A model generated the notes under the pieces. The model worked only from the letters and a program-made list of their open reading frames with translations. It did no database searches and was not told the DNA's origin. Made by a program: the position numbers and the translations under genes. This document shows positions 28,309 through 43,035 of a DNA stretch of 64,000 nucleotides, one piece after another. Source of the DNA: Octopus vulgaris (lineage: Eukaryota); assembly GCA_951406725.2 (NCBI GenBank), contig OX597827.1:79794001-79858000 (forward strand), in the 5' to 3' direction. Positions within the stretch are counted from its first letter, which is position 1. Each line of letters opens with the position of its first letter.

Positions 28309-28356
28309 TATATATATGTATGTGTGTGTGTGTGTATATATATATATAAACATATA

Positions 28357-28400
<44 letters not shown>

Positions 28401-28590
28401 TTTATATATATACATAAACTTATATGTATATATATAAACATATAAATGCGTATATATATGTATATATATATATAAACTTACATATATAAACATATAAATG
28501 TGTATATATATATATTCCAGCTTCACAGACCCCAGTTGAACCGTCCAACCCATGCTAGCATGGAAAACGGACGCTAAATGATGATGATGA

Positions 28591-28643
<53 letters not shown>

Positions 28644-29605
28644 AACATACATACACACACACACACACATATATATACACACATTCATATGTGCATATAC
28701 ACATATATATGTTTGTAAATCATCTTTATTATGTACTCACTCATTTCATATATGTATATACATACATTTGGCTTCATAAAAATAAATATTTTAAAGATCA
28801 CTAATAATTTGGACCCCTTGATTTATGAATCTGTTTTTTGTGTAAAACTATTTATGAACACCCGGAGGACAGTCGCAGTCTTTCCCTCTCTCAATGAAAC
28901 GTCTTTAATGTATTTAAAAACGATTTTTTAATTGAAATTGATAGTTTTCTTTCTTTTTTGTAAAGTAATTCTCAGTTTATTTGTACCGCCAACACTAGTT
29001 CATCTCGTTTTCCATTTCTCCCCACCGCTTGCTTTTAGCTGCACCCCCAACCACCACCACCACCACCACCACCGCAACCATCCAGTTCCTGTAAGTGATA
29101 GTGTAACAGTTAGGGAATATATTATTTGCTTGACTTTGACTTGAGATGCCCCTGCATCGACAGACAGTGCAGAGGGTCAGATATCACCTGTCAGTGGGAA
29201 TACGTATCCGTTGTTAACACAATCCTCTCAAACAAAGCTTTTAAGATTTCACCCACCCATGCTTTCTGATCAATAAACTTTTTCAAAAGTGAAGAGTAGA
29301 AAACTGGCAAATAGTTCAAACACAAATATTCTTCTCAAATTAAGAAGAAATGTAGAACAGTAGAAAATAATATCTTCATGATATTTTTCCTTCAGTAGTC
29401 AGTTATTACTGGCTACTTAAGTAAAAACAAAATTTTAAAAAATGAAGAAATAATCACAAAATTAAATTTATATTTTGAAAATAGATTGCTGAGAATAATC
29501 GTTGTTATTAATATAAAGTGAGGAGAACATTTTTTTTCTTTAATTTTGATAAAGCTATAAACAAGTTGAATTTAAGCTAAGAGTTAGAATTAAGGTAAGA
29601 CTTAC

Positions 29606-29980
29606 CTGCATTGTTTTAATCCTTTGTTGCTGGCTGTGACTGGAGAAGTGTATCCTGGTGTAGATTTCCAATGTAACTGCTGCAGCAGTAGTGTGTGAGA
29701 GTGACTGTGTGTTGATGCTTGAGAGGAGTTGTGTGTCGGCCAGTGGGAGGCTGCTACTGTAGCAAGGTGTTGTGCATTTCTGCAAGTATTTCTCAATCTG
29801 TGTGTGCGAGTGTGTGTAAGTAGACTTACATGGATATATATGTATGTATGGTGTTACTGTATTTGTAAATAGCTGAGTGAGTTTTTCTGAGTGAGTCTTT
29901 GTGAAACGAGGTAGGGGTGGGATAGGAAGGTGGGGGTTTGACTTGCAGTCGATTCCTGCCTTCAACTGCCAAGCTGATGT
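29606..29980 (-). other. Candidate alternative first exon: 5' UTR ending in ATG CAG (Met-Gln) then a splice donor
   Basis: Minus ..ATTAAAACA ATG CAG|GTAAGT is a consensus donor at 29605 (phase 0). The upstream sequence is unique, more GC-rich and repeat-poor. The 5' boundary is approximate. Confidence 0.6.
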
Positions 29981-30779
29981 GCGAAGAAAACTGGGAGCCT
30001 CATTTCCAAGCTATTGTTGAACTTCTCAACAAATCCAGTTAGGGAGAGACAAACAAAAGGAATAAAGAAAACTATGCTCTGCTAAAACATAATTCTATTT
30101 ACTTATTTCTAAAACTATTATAACCACCCTCCCATGCCATTCACCTCCACATTTCAATATTACTTTCCAAATGGGGATTCAATCTAGAATAAAACTTCAA
30201 TCTACTTTGTTTCACTCCTGCTCCTTCTTTCCACCCCCTTCCTTTTCCTCCATCCCTTATATTATTGCTTTTCTTAATAAGATACTGCTATTATTCCTGT
30301 TTTGACCCCAGCTTTCAGATTAAGTTCAAGTTCAAAGTAGGTGTTCAAACTGACTTCTTCCCTTCTGCCTCTCCTCCTCTCCCTTACATCTCCCCTCTTC
30401 TACCTTGTTTGTTTAGCAGCTAATATTATCATTATCAATTTTGGGTCCTATCCACCACCCCATTATTCTATTATACTTTCTTTTATTTACTTTCTTTACC
30501 CACTCCATTCGTGCAACTCAAGGCAACATTGAAACAAAGCCCTCTCTCAGATTTATATTTTTATTGGAAATAATAAGATAAAAAGAACAAAAATGATAGA
30601 GAGGAATGTATTAAGCATTGATTATTTTTTCTTGATAAAATAATTTCTTTGTCCATTTGTGAAAAGATTACTATTCAATAATTTCTCCTACCCCTTCTTC
30701 CTAATTGTTCAAAACTCAACTATTATATAATATTATTCATTAAAATCTGTTGCTGTGTTTTGAAATCAATATATTGAAA

Positions 30780-30960
30780 AATTATTACTATTGTCATCAT
30801 CATCATCATCGTTGTTGTCGTCGCCGTTGTCGTCATCATCATCATCATCATTGTTATCATCATTGTAGTTGTCGTCGTCGTCGTCATCATCGTTATTGTC
30901 ATTGTTGTTATTAACTTCTGTCACTAGTACAGCTATCACCACCACCACCACCACCACCAG
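30780..30960. repeat. Degenerate trinucleotide tract (TCA/TCG/TTG/ACC)n
   Basis: Seen directly. Confidence 0.85.
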
Positions 30961-32860
30961 TTATTATTTTACCAAATTTTTTTGCATGTCATGTTTACAA
31001 ATATTCCTGTGTATAACATCAATTTTTATACATTTTCTAATAAATATTTTCATTTGTGAAATTTCAATAAAAAAATAAATTTTAAAACATTACATTCACT
31101 TTCTATTTCTCATTTTATTTGTATATTTATTTTCCATTTCTTCTATTTACAATTGTTTGCTTCTTGTTCTCAACACAAACATTTTTCTTTTCTTTTTATT
31201 GCTGGTAATAGGATAGACTTTAAGCCGTGTTATAAACAATTTGTAGCAATCAATAAGCTCCAAGCTCTATTAACAACACTGTTTTCCCTGAATATCACGC
31301 ACACTGGAAGCATTTGCTCACGAACTATTGCTTTGTATAGGGAATAACAAAATATTTACATAAAAAAAAACTGCTTTTAGGAAAAGTAAGGGGGAAGGGG
31401 AGTGTAGGAAAATTCTTATAAAATCATTGCAAATATCAGTGACTGCATTATTGTTGTTGATATTGTTGTTTTAGTCGTCATCATCATCATCATCATCACC
31501 ACTGCCACCATTATTGTTGTTTTTCTTGTTAGCTTGCTTGTATAAATAGTCATGTTTTTGATTTCCACATCACAGTTTTATTTTTTAACTGAGATACAGT
31601 TGTATGCAGTTCATAAGTTAGTAAATGTTGTGTTAGTTTAATGATCTTCTTGTCAGTAAACTCAGTATTACAATGTATTATCACATACTATCATTCAATA
31701 ATATCACACATGACAAGTGATAAGAATCTCAAACATGCATTGTTTTGCACAGACCTTTTGTCTGATGGAAATGCTTTTTGCTCTGTCTTTCTCTTTTTAT
31801 ATTATATTTGTTGCTGTTCCATTTAGATATACAATATTTCCATAGATAAATCCTTTTGATGACAACAGAAGTGAATTGCAGAAAGTTTCCATCAACAAAA
31901 ATATACATTAACCAAAGCTAGCTTTAGAAAGAACATCTGATGCAACTATTTTTGACAACTTACAGACAATATATGTTTCAATTTTCAATTGATTACAAAG
32001 GATTACATATGAAATTAGATTATTGATATCAAAGGGATTATATATCAAATAGAATAAATGTCAAATTAGATTACATAGTAAATGGATTATATATCATGAA
32101 TATCAGAATATGTGTAGAATTGGCTTTGATTTTTGACAATTGTAGTTTCACGTGAGTTTAGTTTTTTTCTCTTTTTTTTTTATCTGTTTGTCTTTCTTTT
32201 TTCCTTCCATGATGTTTTCTCATTCTATGCAAAGATTGATTAAGCAACAAAGAAGTAATACGAACCAAAATTCAGCAAGTATCTTAACCCAGACAGAATG
32301 ACTTGGAATGTGTTGGACAATTAGAGAGTACACTCACTGTATTTACAAAGGAATTTTTTAGTTTTTACATTTTCATTTCCTCAGAATTTAAAAAAATCTT
32401 TTGGCTGTTCATTTCAAAGTTGTGGTAAACGAAACGATAATAATTCTTGTTGTTCATAGTACAGTGTACATGTTTAATAAACGATGTTAGCAATATAATT
32501 CTATCATAGTAACTTTATTTTTCAAGTAATCTTGGAATTTTTATTACCGTCTAAATGAAATGCAGATATGGCCTTCCCTCCACAATCATCCACTTTGCCA
32601 ACAAACAGTGGAAGAAATAGAACTGGAGATGTGGACACTTGATATATAATTGTTCAAAGTAAAAGTTCTTTTATGCATCAATGCAGAGAATCTAAGATAA
32701 AACTAATTTCCAGTTTATTGCTGAAAGGAATCCCATTGTTGTTCAATGTTTGTTAATTAGATATCTGCATCAAGGAGACTTATACCTTCAGGAGAAGTAA
32801 CTTCTAAAGAGATACCTCAGCAGTGCTGTTGATATTTCTTCATAAAATTTGGGGACATAC

Positions 32861-32881
32861 TTGGGTTGAAATTGTAGATTC
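32861..32881 (-). CDS. Candidate 21-nt frame-preserving microexon
   Basis: GTTTTGTTATTTTTCAG|GAATCTACAATTTCAACCCAA|GTATGT; no stop in any frame. Confidence 0.3.
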
Positions 32882-33233
32882 CTGAAAAATAACAAAACCT
32901 GATATTGACATAAAAGCTATACAATATCTTCATCAATCATAAATAAATTGTAAAAGTGACTGTAAAAGATCTTGACAAATCTTTATTGAAGTGAAACCTA
33001 CTCCATGGAAGCAATCATGCTGGGTAGTAGCCTTAAGCTAAGGTCTGTGACTCAATAGCAACTCTCTATGACACCAATTTATAAGCTCAGTTTCTGATGT
33101 CAAGTCAATTACATTAGCTTCTAAGCAGCTCCCTTCACTGTTAGGTGCAACATCAAATCCATTAGATCATATTGATATCAGATTAACAAGCTCACATTGC
33201 AGACATCAATCTATGTACAATATAAATCTTCTG

Positions 33234-33314
<81 letters not shown>

Positions 33315-34165
33315 CATGCATGCTCACACATCCACTTTTCATTTCAGATAACAGAGATAGAAGGAAGTAAGCTTCTATATTGTCAAACTGGCAAAATAAT
33401 TTTTTTTATTATATTTTGTGTAGTAAAATGAACCTGAGTAACTGAATTTAAAAGAACTTCTAAAACATTTTCTGTTCTAAATTATGATGTAGCATTTTAG
33501 TTTTGTATAGGTGATATCTATACTAAAATAACGTCAGTAATGCTCAGTTGAGGGGTTTATGAATTCAATGAGGGAAGATCGTTCAGTTTTAGTTGGACAA
33601 TCGAACCTTATTTCTAGTTAATGCTGAAATTTTGGTGGAATCATATCAAACAAGCTTCTAATGTTTTCTTTCTTCTTTAAACTCCAAGTATGTTAACCAC
33701 AGGTCATCAGTTGGGTAAAAATTACATCTGAGAAAGCGTTTGTTGTTTTAGAAAATGTAGTAAAACTATTGACAAGAAGGAAGGAGATATTTACTGAGTG
33801 TAGATATCAGCTACTTTGCTAAAATGAATTCTCACCAAATAAAAAAAGAGATATAATTTTTAAAAAATGATACTTCAATAAATTTGGAAAACTTAAATTA
33901 TGTTTGAGGCTTGTTGAGAAGTTTATCAGTTACAGAGACAGATTTATGAGTGTATATTGCTTCATTCAATATTTGTTTCATTTCATGCATGGCTGCTGTG
34001 CACTCTCTACTATTTATTTCTCTATTGACTTTTCTATAATGAAATATTCTGAAAATTTTAAAATGCTATATAATGGCTTTTGGCATATATTTTTCTGGAC
34101 ACTTTCAAAATAGGTAGATGCTCAGAATTCTATGAACTACATAGAATTAAATAAATAAATATATA

Positions 34166-34218
<53 letters not shown>

Positions 34219-34326
34219 CATATATAAAATTAATTGAAGCATCTGAATATCAAATTGACATTTCTGACAAGTACATATGTCTCACCATGCAGAGAAGTGT
34301 CCATGCTAAGTATATACATTTGCACG

Positions 34327-34370
<44 letters not shown>

Positions 34371-36082
34371 CAACACACACACACAAATGCATCACTCATT
34401 CTTTCTCATTAAAGATATGCTTATTTCTGAAGTTGTTTGTATGAAGATTTGATTTTAAGAGATGTCACCTTTATTTGTATATGCAGCTAATATGGCTATA
34501 TACCAGAGATGCTATTAAAATGAAATAAATATGTATGTGTTGTGTGTGTATGTACATATGTATGTATGTATGTATGTATGTGCATGTGCATGCATGTGTG
34601 TGTGTGTGTACATACACATACACACTCTTATATGTCAAGCGTTATTCTCTCCTCTGTGAAAGAATTGTTACAAAGTTGTATATTTGCATAATACAAAAGT
34701 AAATGTTTTTGCAGTAAAATCTTGTTCCAGTCACTGAGCACTCAACTATTAACTGGGAATGACTCAATACGGATCCTGACACCAAATGGTAATTGAGAAT
34801 AGCTAACAATAGTGTCAAGGAAATGTTTCAAGTATTCATTGGGAGAAAATTCACAGAACAGAGATCAGCTGTATCTGGTTATTGAATTATTACAAGCAAA
34901 GGGGTCAATAAGAACAGTACCAAGTATTTGTCATGATAACTAATCAGAAAGCTTCTGACTGGAAATGTGCTGAGATCAACGTGTCTTTGTCTAGAAAGCT
35001 TTGGTAGGTTGTTTCATGGTGTCATAACTTTATCGGTCATTGTAATTTTAAATTTATTTGAATATTACAACTAACCAACATCATTTTCCTGTTTCTTTCA
35101 GTATTCAGTGTATTTTTTTTTGTTATTAAAAACCACATATGTAAGAAGACAATCCTGGCATTAAGATGGAAAAATTGAAGAAGTCCGAAGTAAAGAGGTT
35201 AGCTAAATTCATGAAAACAGCTTGCATTAATGAAATCTACTTGATGGATAATCAGATCAGAGAAGCATAAATGTAAATATGGAGACAAAAGACAGCTGTG
35301 TGCTTAGACACACATGTATAAATATAATGGAGGAATAGTTGGATGTATATACGCACAAGTACACGTATACAAACATACAAACACTAACATACACCAACAT
35401 CTATACATAAATGCACACATAGGCAAATATACAGTGAAATCTGAGTGTAAGAAGTTTTGCATTTATGATACAGGTTAGTGTGATAGATAAGTATGTGTGC
35501 CTGTATGTGTGTGTGTGTGTGTGTGTGCGTGTATATATGTGTGTATGTATATATATGTGTGTATGTATATATATATATGTATGTACATATATATATATAT
35601 ATGCATATGTAAGTATGTATATATATGTATGTATATATATGTATATATATGTATGTATATGTATGTGTGTATGTGCAAAACACCAGACTGCAACAATCCA
35701 TGTATATGTGAATACCTGAAAATTAAATTGAACGCAATTTAGTTGATGAAGTTTTAGTCATTTTGTTCAACTGCTTGAATTTTCTTTCCCAATATAATCC
35801 CAGGTCTTCAGATTTATAGGAAAGGAAAGCATGACTATGTGATATTCATGGCTTTTTTTGTCAAGAACATTTGCAATATGAAGTGAGAGAACAATAACTG
35901 GGAATTAAAACCTGGTTAGCTGAGAGTCCATTTTAAGCAGAAAGGCAGAATTTAAACTCAAAATATCAAAAGACCTTGATATGAGGCAGCATTAAGTCTG
36001 ATATTCTACCGTTTTGACACAACTCATTTGATGAGGATGAGATGATGTGGATGGTAATAACAACAACATCAGCAATAATAAT

Positions 36083-36473
36083 CTTTTCAACTAAAGGCCT
36101 GAATTTTGTGGGGAGGGGAATAGTCGATTACATCAACCTCAGTACTCACCTGGTACTTATTTTATTGATCCTGAAAGGATGAAAGGCAAAGTCGACCTCA
36201 GCGGAATTTGAACTCAGAACATGAATATGGTCAAAATACCACTAAGCATAATAATAATAATCCTTTCTGCTATAAACACAAATCCAGAAATTTGTGGGAG
36301 AGGGATAGTTGATTGCATCGACCCCCAGTACTCAACTGGTACGTATTTTATTGACCCAAAAAGAATGAAAGGCAAAAGTGACCTTAGTGCAATTTGAACT
36401 CAGAACACGAAGACAGATGAAATACCGCTAAGCATTTCACCTGGTGTGCTAATGATTCTGTCAACTTGATGCC

Positions 36474-36476
<3 letters not shown>
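36083..36476 (-). mobile_element. Two tandem S1 SINEs separated by (AAT)n
   Basis: GAAAGGATGAAAGGCAAAGTCGACCTCAGCGGAATTTGAACTCAG-type core occurs twice. Confidence 0.8.
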
Positions 36477-36505
<29 letters not shown>

Positions 36506-36506
36506 T

Positions 36507-37294
36507 CAGTAATATTCAGTGTCATGAAGTGTGTGGCGCTCACTTTGAAAGGGGCATAGAAATGACAAATAGAGAGCAAATGGAAGAGCCAGATGATGAT
36601 AGGCATAAGTACCTTGGTATCCTGAAACTGGACACCATCTTGCATAGAGAAATGAAACCAAGATCATCACTGCATATTTGAAGTGCCTCAAACTTCTCTT
36701 GAAGTCAAACCTCAACTCAAGGAACCTTGTGACAGCCACCAACATATGAGCTGTTGCTGTGCACCCGTCTTAAAATGGACATGAGCAGATATTAACCAAC
36801 TCAATTGCACTGCCTGAAAGACAATGACAATGCATAGTTCTCTACTCCCTAAGGCAAACGTACACGGGTTCTACCTGAAGAGGTGTAAAGGTGAACATGG
36901 TCTGATTAGCATACAGGAGTGCATCAACAGTGAAAGAAGAAACATGGAAGAATATTTGGTAAACAGCAAACAAGACCTGTTGGGACTTTGACTTCTAGAC
37001 AGACAAGGCATTAGAGCACCGAAGTCCAGAGGGACAAATAAGCGTGCCAAATAATCGATGTGGCAGTGCCAGGAGATCAATATATTATTATGAAAGAAAG
37101 AAAAAATCGATAAATATGGAGACCTGAGAATTGAGATTACCAAGATGTGGCAGCTAAGAGAGTCAAACAAAAGGGTTGTCCCTATTGTCACCAGAACATT
37201 GGGCTCAACACTACCTAACCTGAAGAAACATCTAGAAATACCCTGCAATCTAGGTGTATTGCAAAAGTCAGCATTACTTGGAACTGCACTCATA
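36507..37294 (+). mobile_element. R4/Dong-clade non-LTR retrotransposon 3' fragment (RT end plus REL endonuclease)
   Basis: KYLGILKLD..LLKSNLNSRNLVTATN..PKANVHGFYLKRCKGEHGL..WDF..IIDVAVPGD..KIDKYGDLRIEITKMW..VVPIV..LQKSALLGTA. Directly follows (TAA)n, the known Dong target. Confidence 0.8.
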
Positions 37295-37975
37295 TGTGGT
37301 CTGATCAGTAAGTATCCAGACTGTTGCTATAGTAACAAAGCTAAAGCACACAGAGTGAATCTGCTTGGAACACCTCTGCTGTTTGCAGCAGTGCTTGGAA
37401 GGAAGATATGTAGCATGTGATTGTTGTATTGACCATGACAGAAAAAGTTGAGCAGAGAATCTGCATCAAATTTTGCCACAAGCTGGGCCTATGCAAAGTT
37501 TTCAAAAGTTTTCATTACAAGCAAGGAGAACTTGTGCAACCAAAACCCGAATGCCTTTCTGGTTACTGCTGAAAGTAGTTTTGGCACAAACTTGGCAGAC
37601 ACACGTCTCATACCCAAATCTTCAATGATAATGGACTGAACTGAACCGTAACTAATCTGTACATCCTCTGATAACTCATGAATGGTGATTCAATGACTTC
37701 CTTCACAGCCGCATGCACATCTGCAATGTTTTTCTCAGTTCTGCTGGTTGCGGGTCTCCCAGAATATTCATCAGTATCAGCATTTTCCAGCCATCTTGGA
37801 AACGTCTGAACCACTCGTACACCTGCATGCAGTTCATACACTCCTCTCCATACACTTTCTGCAACTTTGTGTCGGCCTCTAAGCAAGTATCGTCATGACA
37901 ACTTTCTCTATCATGGTCAATGCAACAATCACACACTACACATGTTCCTTCTAAACACTGCTGTACATGGTGGAA
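37295..37975 (-). mobile_element. Rearranged mariner with inverted 5' ends
   Basis: Plus strand MTEKVEQRICIKFCHKLG at ~37436. Minus strand LQKVYGEECM..VYEWFRRF..SGRPATSRTEKNI..LGMRRVSAKFVPKLL (mariner HTH and WVPxxL-like motif). Confidence 0.8.
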
Positions 37976-38004
37976 GGGAGCTAGAATGTCAAAACTTAGT
38001 GTGC

Positions 38005-38048
<44 letters not shown>

Positions 38049-41000
38049 CATATGTACATGTGTGTACATGTATACATCTTCAGTAATATCTTTTAAGTTT
38101 GGTGTAGCATCTTATTTTTTTATTTAATTTTACTAATAACCTTTTTTGTATGTTTTCTATATTCTGAACTTAAAATCTTTTAGTTCATTCTAACTTTGGA
38201 AAGCCTGTCGCTCCAGAGATGTGTAACTTTGCCTACCAACTGCTTGTTTGATTTTTGAAGAACAGTAAACCTCAGCTCATCTTTATTATTTTCTTGATGG
38301 GAAGGTTTATTGTCATTTGGAAGAAATTTTCAATCAGGCGGAATGTTAACCTGCTCACCAAGTCAGTGGGGTGGCATCGTTTGAAGGCTAAAACATTGCA
38401 AATAGTGCATTGAGACCAGTAGTGTGTAACAACATCTGATAGCCTAGCCAGTCACATGATCACATTATATATATGTGTGTGTGTGTGTGTGTGTGCGTAT
38501 GTGTGTGTGTCTGTGTGTGCACAACTGGGCTCCTTGCCCAATTTCCTCAATTATCACCCACTTTAATCTACCTGTCTTTAACTGCATTATTCTTATAGTG
38601 CAATTAAATGTGAGATGCACTGCATACTTCACCAGCTTTTCCCTTGTATCATTTCACTTGATATCCAGCTTTCATTCTTAATACTAGCCTCTCCACTGAC
38701 ATTTTGCCTTGATCACCCTTCTGAGTGATGACATTTTCTCTCCATCTCCACTGCTATAAATGTCTTACTCTTCCCATGCACTACATTTGCCTCTCTTTCC
38801 ACTCACTCTTGCAAGCTACTCAATCACATGTCATCTCTCTCTCTCTCTCTCTCTCTCCTGTTTTCTATCTTCCTTCCCCTATCTACTATATCATTATTAC
38901 TATGATGATGTCCTTTATCCCCTATTTTCTCTACTGCCAATCATCTCATACTCTTCCCTACCTTCCCCAACTTCATACTCACCCCATACCTCCTCCATCC
39001 TTCACTTCATCCGTTGATCAATCCTATCCAATTTCTACAGTTGTCACCTACTCTTCCCTACTTATCCTGACCCGACATTAATTCTTCATTTATTATACTC
39101 ACCCCTTCATCAATCAACCTTTTCTACCCATCTCTCACTCTTCTATATGCTCTCCTAAACTCTACCCACCCATATTTTCTCTTCTTTTATTCCTCCTCAC
39201 TTCTCCTCATCTTGTACCCTGAGGGTACTGACACCTCCTCATTGCAATTGTTTACCCCTCTCCAGCACCACGTTGGTGACTCGCCTTCTTTCTTACAATA
39301 TGAGTAACCATATAAACATTCTGCATGAAGAAACCTGTTCTGGCCCTTTCTTTCATACTTTAATCCCTCATCCCTTAGCATAAAGCCACTTCCTTCTCTT
39401 CTGTTGCTTCACTCAGTTAAAGAGGTCTTCGTCTTGCCAGAAGTACAGTGACCTCATTTGTGCTGGTGCCACAAAGCAAGCACTTGTGCATGTTGCAAAG
39501 TGATTGGCATTAGGGAGGGTATTCAGCCGTAGAAACTATGCCAAAGCAAATATATGAGCATGTGGTAGTTCTCAGACTCTTTGGATCTTGTCAAATCATT
39601 CCACCCCTGCCCGTTATGGAACATGGATTCCAAATGATAACGACAATGATAACACAGTAGTATAAACAACAAGTACAAAGAGAAGAGTAATATATCAAAA
39701 AAGAAGAAAAAAAAATTCATAAAACAGAAATAATCAAATATTACAATGATTGTATTTTTATCTCTTAAATGATCTCATTTATAATTCAAAAGATGAAAAT
39801 ATAGAGCTTGTAATCTTTCATCTTTCAGTTTTATAAGTTATTCAGTGTATGTATGTATGTGTGTGTGTGTGTGTATGTGTGCATGTACGTATTTTTCTGA
39901 GATTGGTGAACAATCATGATTTATATGCTGTGAAAAATTCTGAGTAAATGGTGGAGTTAATCCTCAGCCTCAAATAAGAATAAATTATGCAACATGCATT
40001 GAGTACTTTTCCTTTTGTTTGCTTATCAGAGATGAATACTGATCCTAGGCACTTAATTGATTGAACTTAATATAAATATACATTAATATGCATAAATATA
40101 CATATAGATGCATAAATATACATATAGGTGCGTAAGTCTACATATACGTCTCATTCCAGTCAGAAGAAAGACGTAAAATAAGAGAAGTAACCTGATTTCA
40201 GCTTTTACAGACAGTAGATATAGAAAAACTTTTTGATTGTCTTTCCCAAAGAAAAGTATTATACTAAAGTTTCTAGTGGATTCTGTTCAAAATAGGTCAA
40301 CATCATTGGTTAAGACAGGGTAAATAGTTCCATCATCCTACAAGCATCTTGAATATATTTTGTTTGCTACACTTTTGTGCATGTAAACTTATTTTGAAGC
40401 TACCTTCCCCTTATAATTTTTTTATCCAAAAGTCTTTAGAAAGTTTTATAATCTTTGCCTGATTTCAAAGCATCCCAAAGAAGCTATACCTTCACATGAA
40501 TTAGTAAATTTTATTTAAATCAATATAATGAATAAAATTCTTTTAGCCAGTAACCAATGATAACATAGTAGCTAGAAGATTTGGAGTAGTCTGATTTTGA
40601 CATTAGATCATTGTCTGATTGGGGGTGCCATGTGTATACCTTTCATGTATTGCTCCTAATTTACATGTTTCTAACAATGAAGCTGCTCCTCACAGCTGTG
40701 CCAAAGCAGGACACCAGAAAAATTCCCACATCCTTCCTCTCTTTATATTATGTTTATGTATTATGAATACTTGTTTTCTGTCACAAATAGAAAAGAAAAC
40801 CCTTTAACTATTGTAGTGTACACTACAAAGGAATCTAATCTATTTGAAGCCCTGGTTGACAGACCTAATCAATAATCACCCTGTGAAAGTTCGAACCTTT
40901 TTTCGTCAGTGGCTTACTAAAGCTTGTACTCCATGGCATAAATTTTAGAGAAATTAATGACTTAGTCATAAATAAAGTATATCAAAAAAATGTCTTCAGA

Positions 41001-42884
41001 TTATACTGTAAGACAATGTAAGAAAACAAATGAAACATTGACAAGAATTGATGTGAGAGAAGAAAAGTACTTTTAATACTTCACAGAGTAAACTGAAACA
41101 AAAAAGTTCAGATCTTGAATGAAATTAGGTGCTTCTGCAGCAGAAAAGCCTTTGAGATACTTGTTAGGCTAAAGAATTAAATGAGAGACATCTGATCCTA
41201 GAAGCAGTCTGTCAGCAGCTCTTTCATGTGATTAATATATATTACTACTGTTTGCTGTCCACTGCACAGCTACATTATAAAACCCATACATCCAATGGAG
41301 TCACCAGTTTACTTCTATATCAATAACTTTCTCTGATTTTTGCATCACTGTTTCTTTTCCACAGAATAAACTTATTTACCTGTCTTCCACAGCTTATATG
41401 TAGAAATCAATAAGCTGGCTGTTCACTTGATAACACAAATGGGGTTGTAGACAATGGACTGATGGTGATGATGTTTATGATAATGATAATCCAACTTTAC
41501 TGAGGCAGGCTAGATCTGTACTCCTCTGTTGAACTTTCTACCACACAGACTTAATTAAATCACATCATATGAAACTAGATAAACTTTCATAACTCAAAAT
41601 CTTAAACAAAATTTCGTGTAAAATCTTGTATAAAAAACCTGCCAGAAGGGATCGATGCTTCTGCTGTGTTTCAAATAAGACAAGTGTAAGAATGTCTGAA
41701 ACTGCTTCTAAATAAAGTTAATGCTTCATTGATTCATTTATTTTTCATAAAATGATGTGGAAAACCCAATAAAGTCTCTGGCATTTGCAAATATCAAATT
41801 TAAGAAAGAAGATATTCATAAGTTTATCAGTTGCTGTTTAGCTCCAGTTCAGCTTGAGTTAGCAGACTTATGATTAAAGGTATTCCAACCTTGGAGAAAC
41901 CATCTTTTCTCAGGATTAGTGTATCTTGGATTACATTTTATAATGTATACATCCCAATATTTTCTAGATGGTAGGGCATGGTTTGAAGAGAAATTAGCTG
42001 CTATTTCTAGCTGCTCACACCACATAGAAGCTTCCTTGTTGGCTTGTTGATGGATTGTCAGTGTAGGAGGGGGTACAACAACAACACATCCAAGTAATCT
42101 TCCTGCTAACATTTTGACAAGGAAATTTGTAATGCAAGATGTAAATTTATTATATGCTGCAATACACTTAGAATTACTTGTCTTCTATTGTTCTACATCT
42201 AACTTTGTTATGATGGAGATAATTCACCTTGCAGCAACAATGTTCTGCTACCAATGAAATATTTCACCAACAGCTTCAAGGCAACTTATAAGACTTGTCA
42301 AAATTAAATTTTGCACCAAAAAAAAATTGATTTTGAAAGTCAAAGAGCCAAGAAAGAATGGTTAGTAGTATAAAATCCTATTGGAGATCTTTTCTACAGA
42401 TTTTTTGGAGATCTTTTCCTTCACACACGCATGCATATGCACATAGATAGATAGACAAGTAATTAATTAACTTGATAATTAGAGTAGCTTATTATCTAAT
42501 GCTTAAATATTAGTTTCTAACATTAGCAGAAGGTCATAATCTCTTACATTGACCCCAGTATTTAACTGGTACTTCATCAACCTTGGAATGCTGAATGAGA
42601 AGGTCAGCACTGATGAGGAGTTACCTCAGCGTAAAGAGACTAAACTTCAAACTACAAAGCGTTTTAGTCCAGCACTGAACAGATTCTGACTTCTATAACC
42701 TTAGAGTTTACTAAAATGTGAGAATATTTTTAAACATAAACACATCTATTTAATATTAATAGCAATGATCATAACTGAACCAATGGGAATTAATGACAGG
42801 TGAACCTAAAGTCTGACACTAAAGATAAATCGGTAAGTTATGGTTGAAGGGAAACTAAAGAGATAATGTAATATTTCTAATTAC

Positions 42885-43035
42885 CTGACATTGCAGGTAT
42901 TTCTTCATAAAGTCCATTATACTGCTCGTCCAAAGTAAGGCAACTGTCTCTTAGAGTTGCCAATGAATCACTGAGATAGTTAGGAATCATAACAGGGTCA
43001 TCGCTAGATGTCACCACTATTGGCTGACTGTACTT
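42885..43035 (-). CDS. Candidate coding exon KYSQPIVVTSSDDPVMIPNYLSDSLATLRDSCLTLDEQYNGLYEEIPAMS of an unidentified gene
   Basis: Acceptor TTTTTTTGTCAACAG|, a 151-nt open frame with protein-like composition, and donor CAG|GTAATT (phase 0 in, phase 1 out). Confidence 0.65.
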
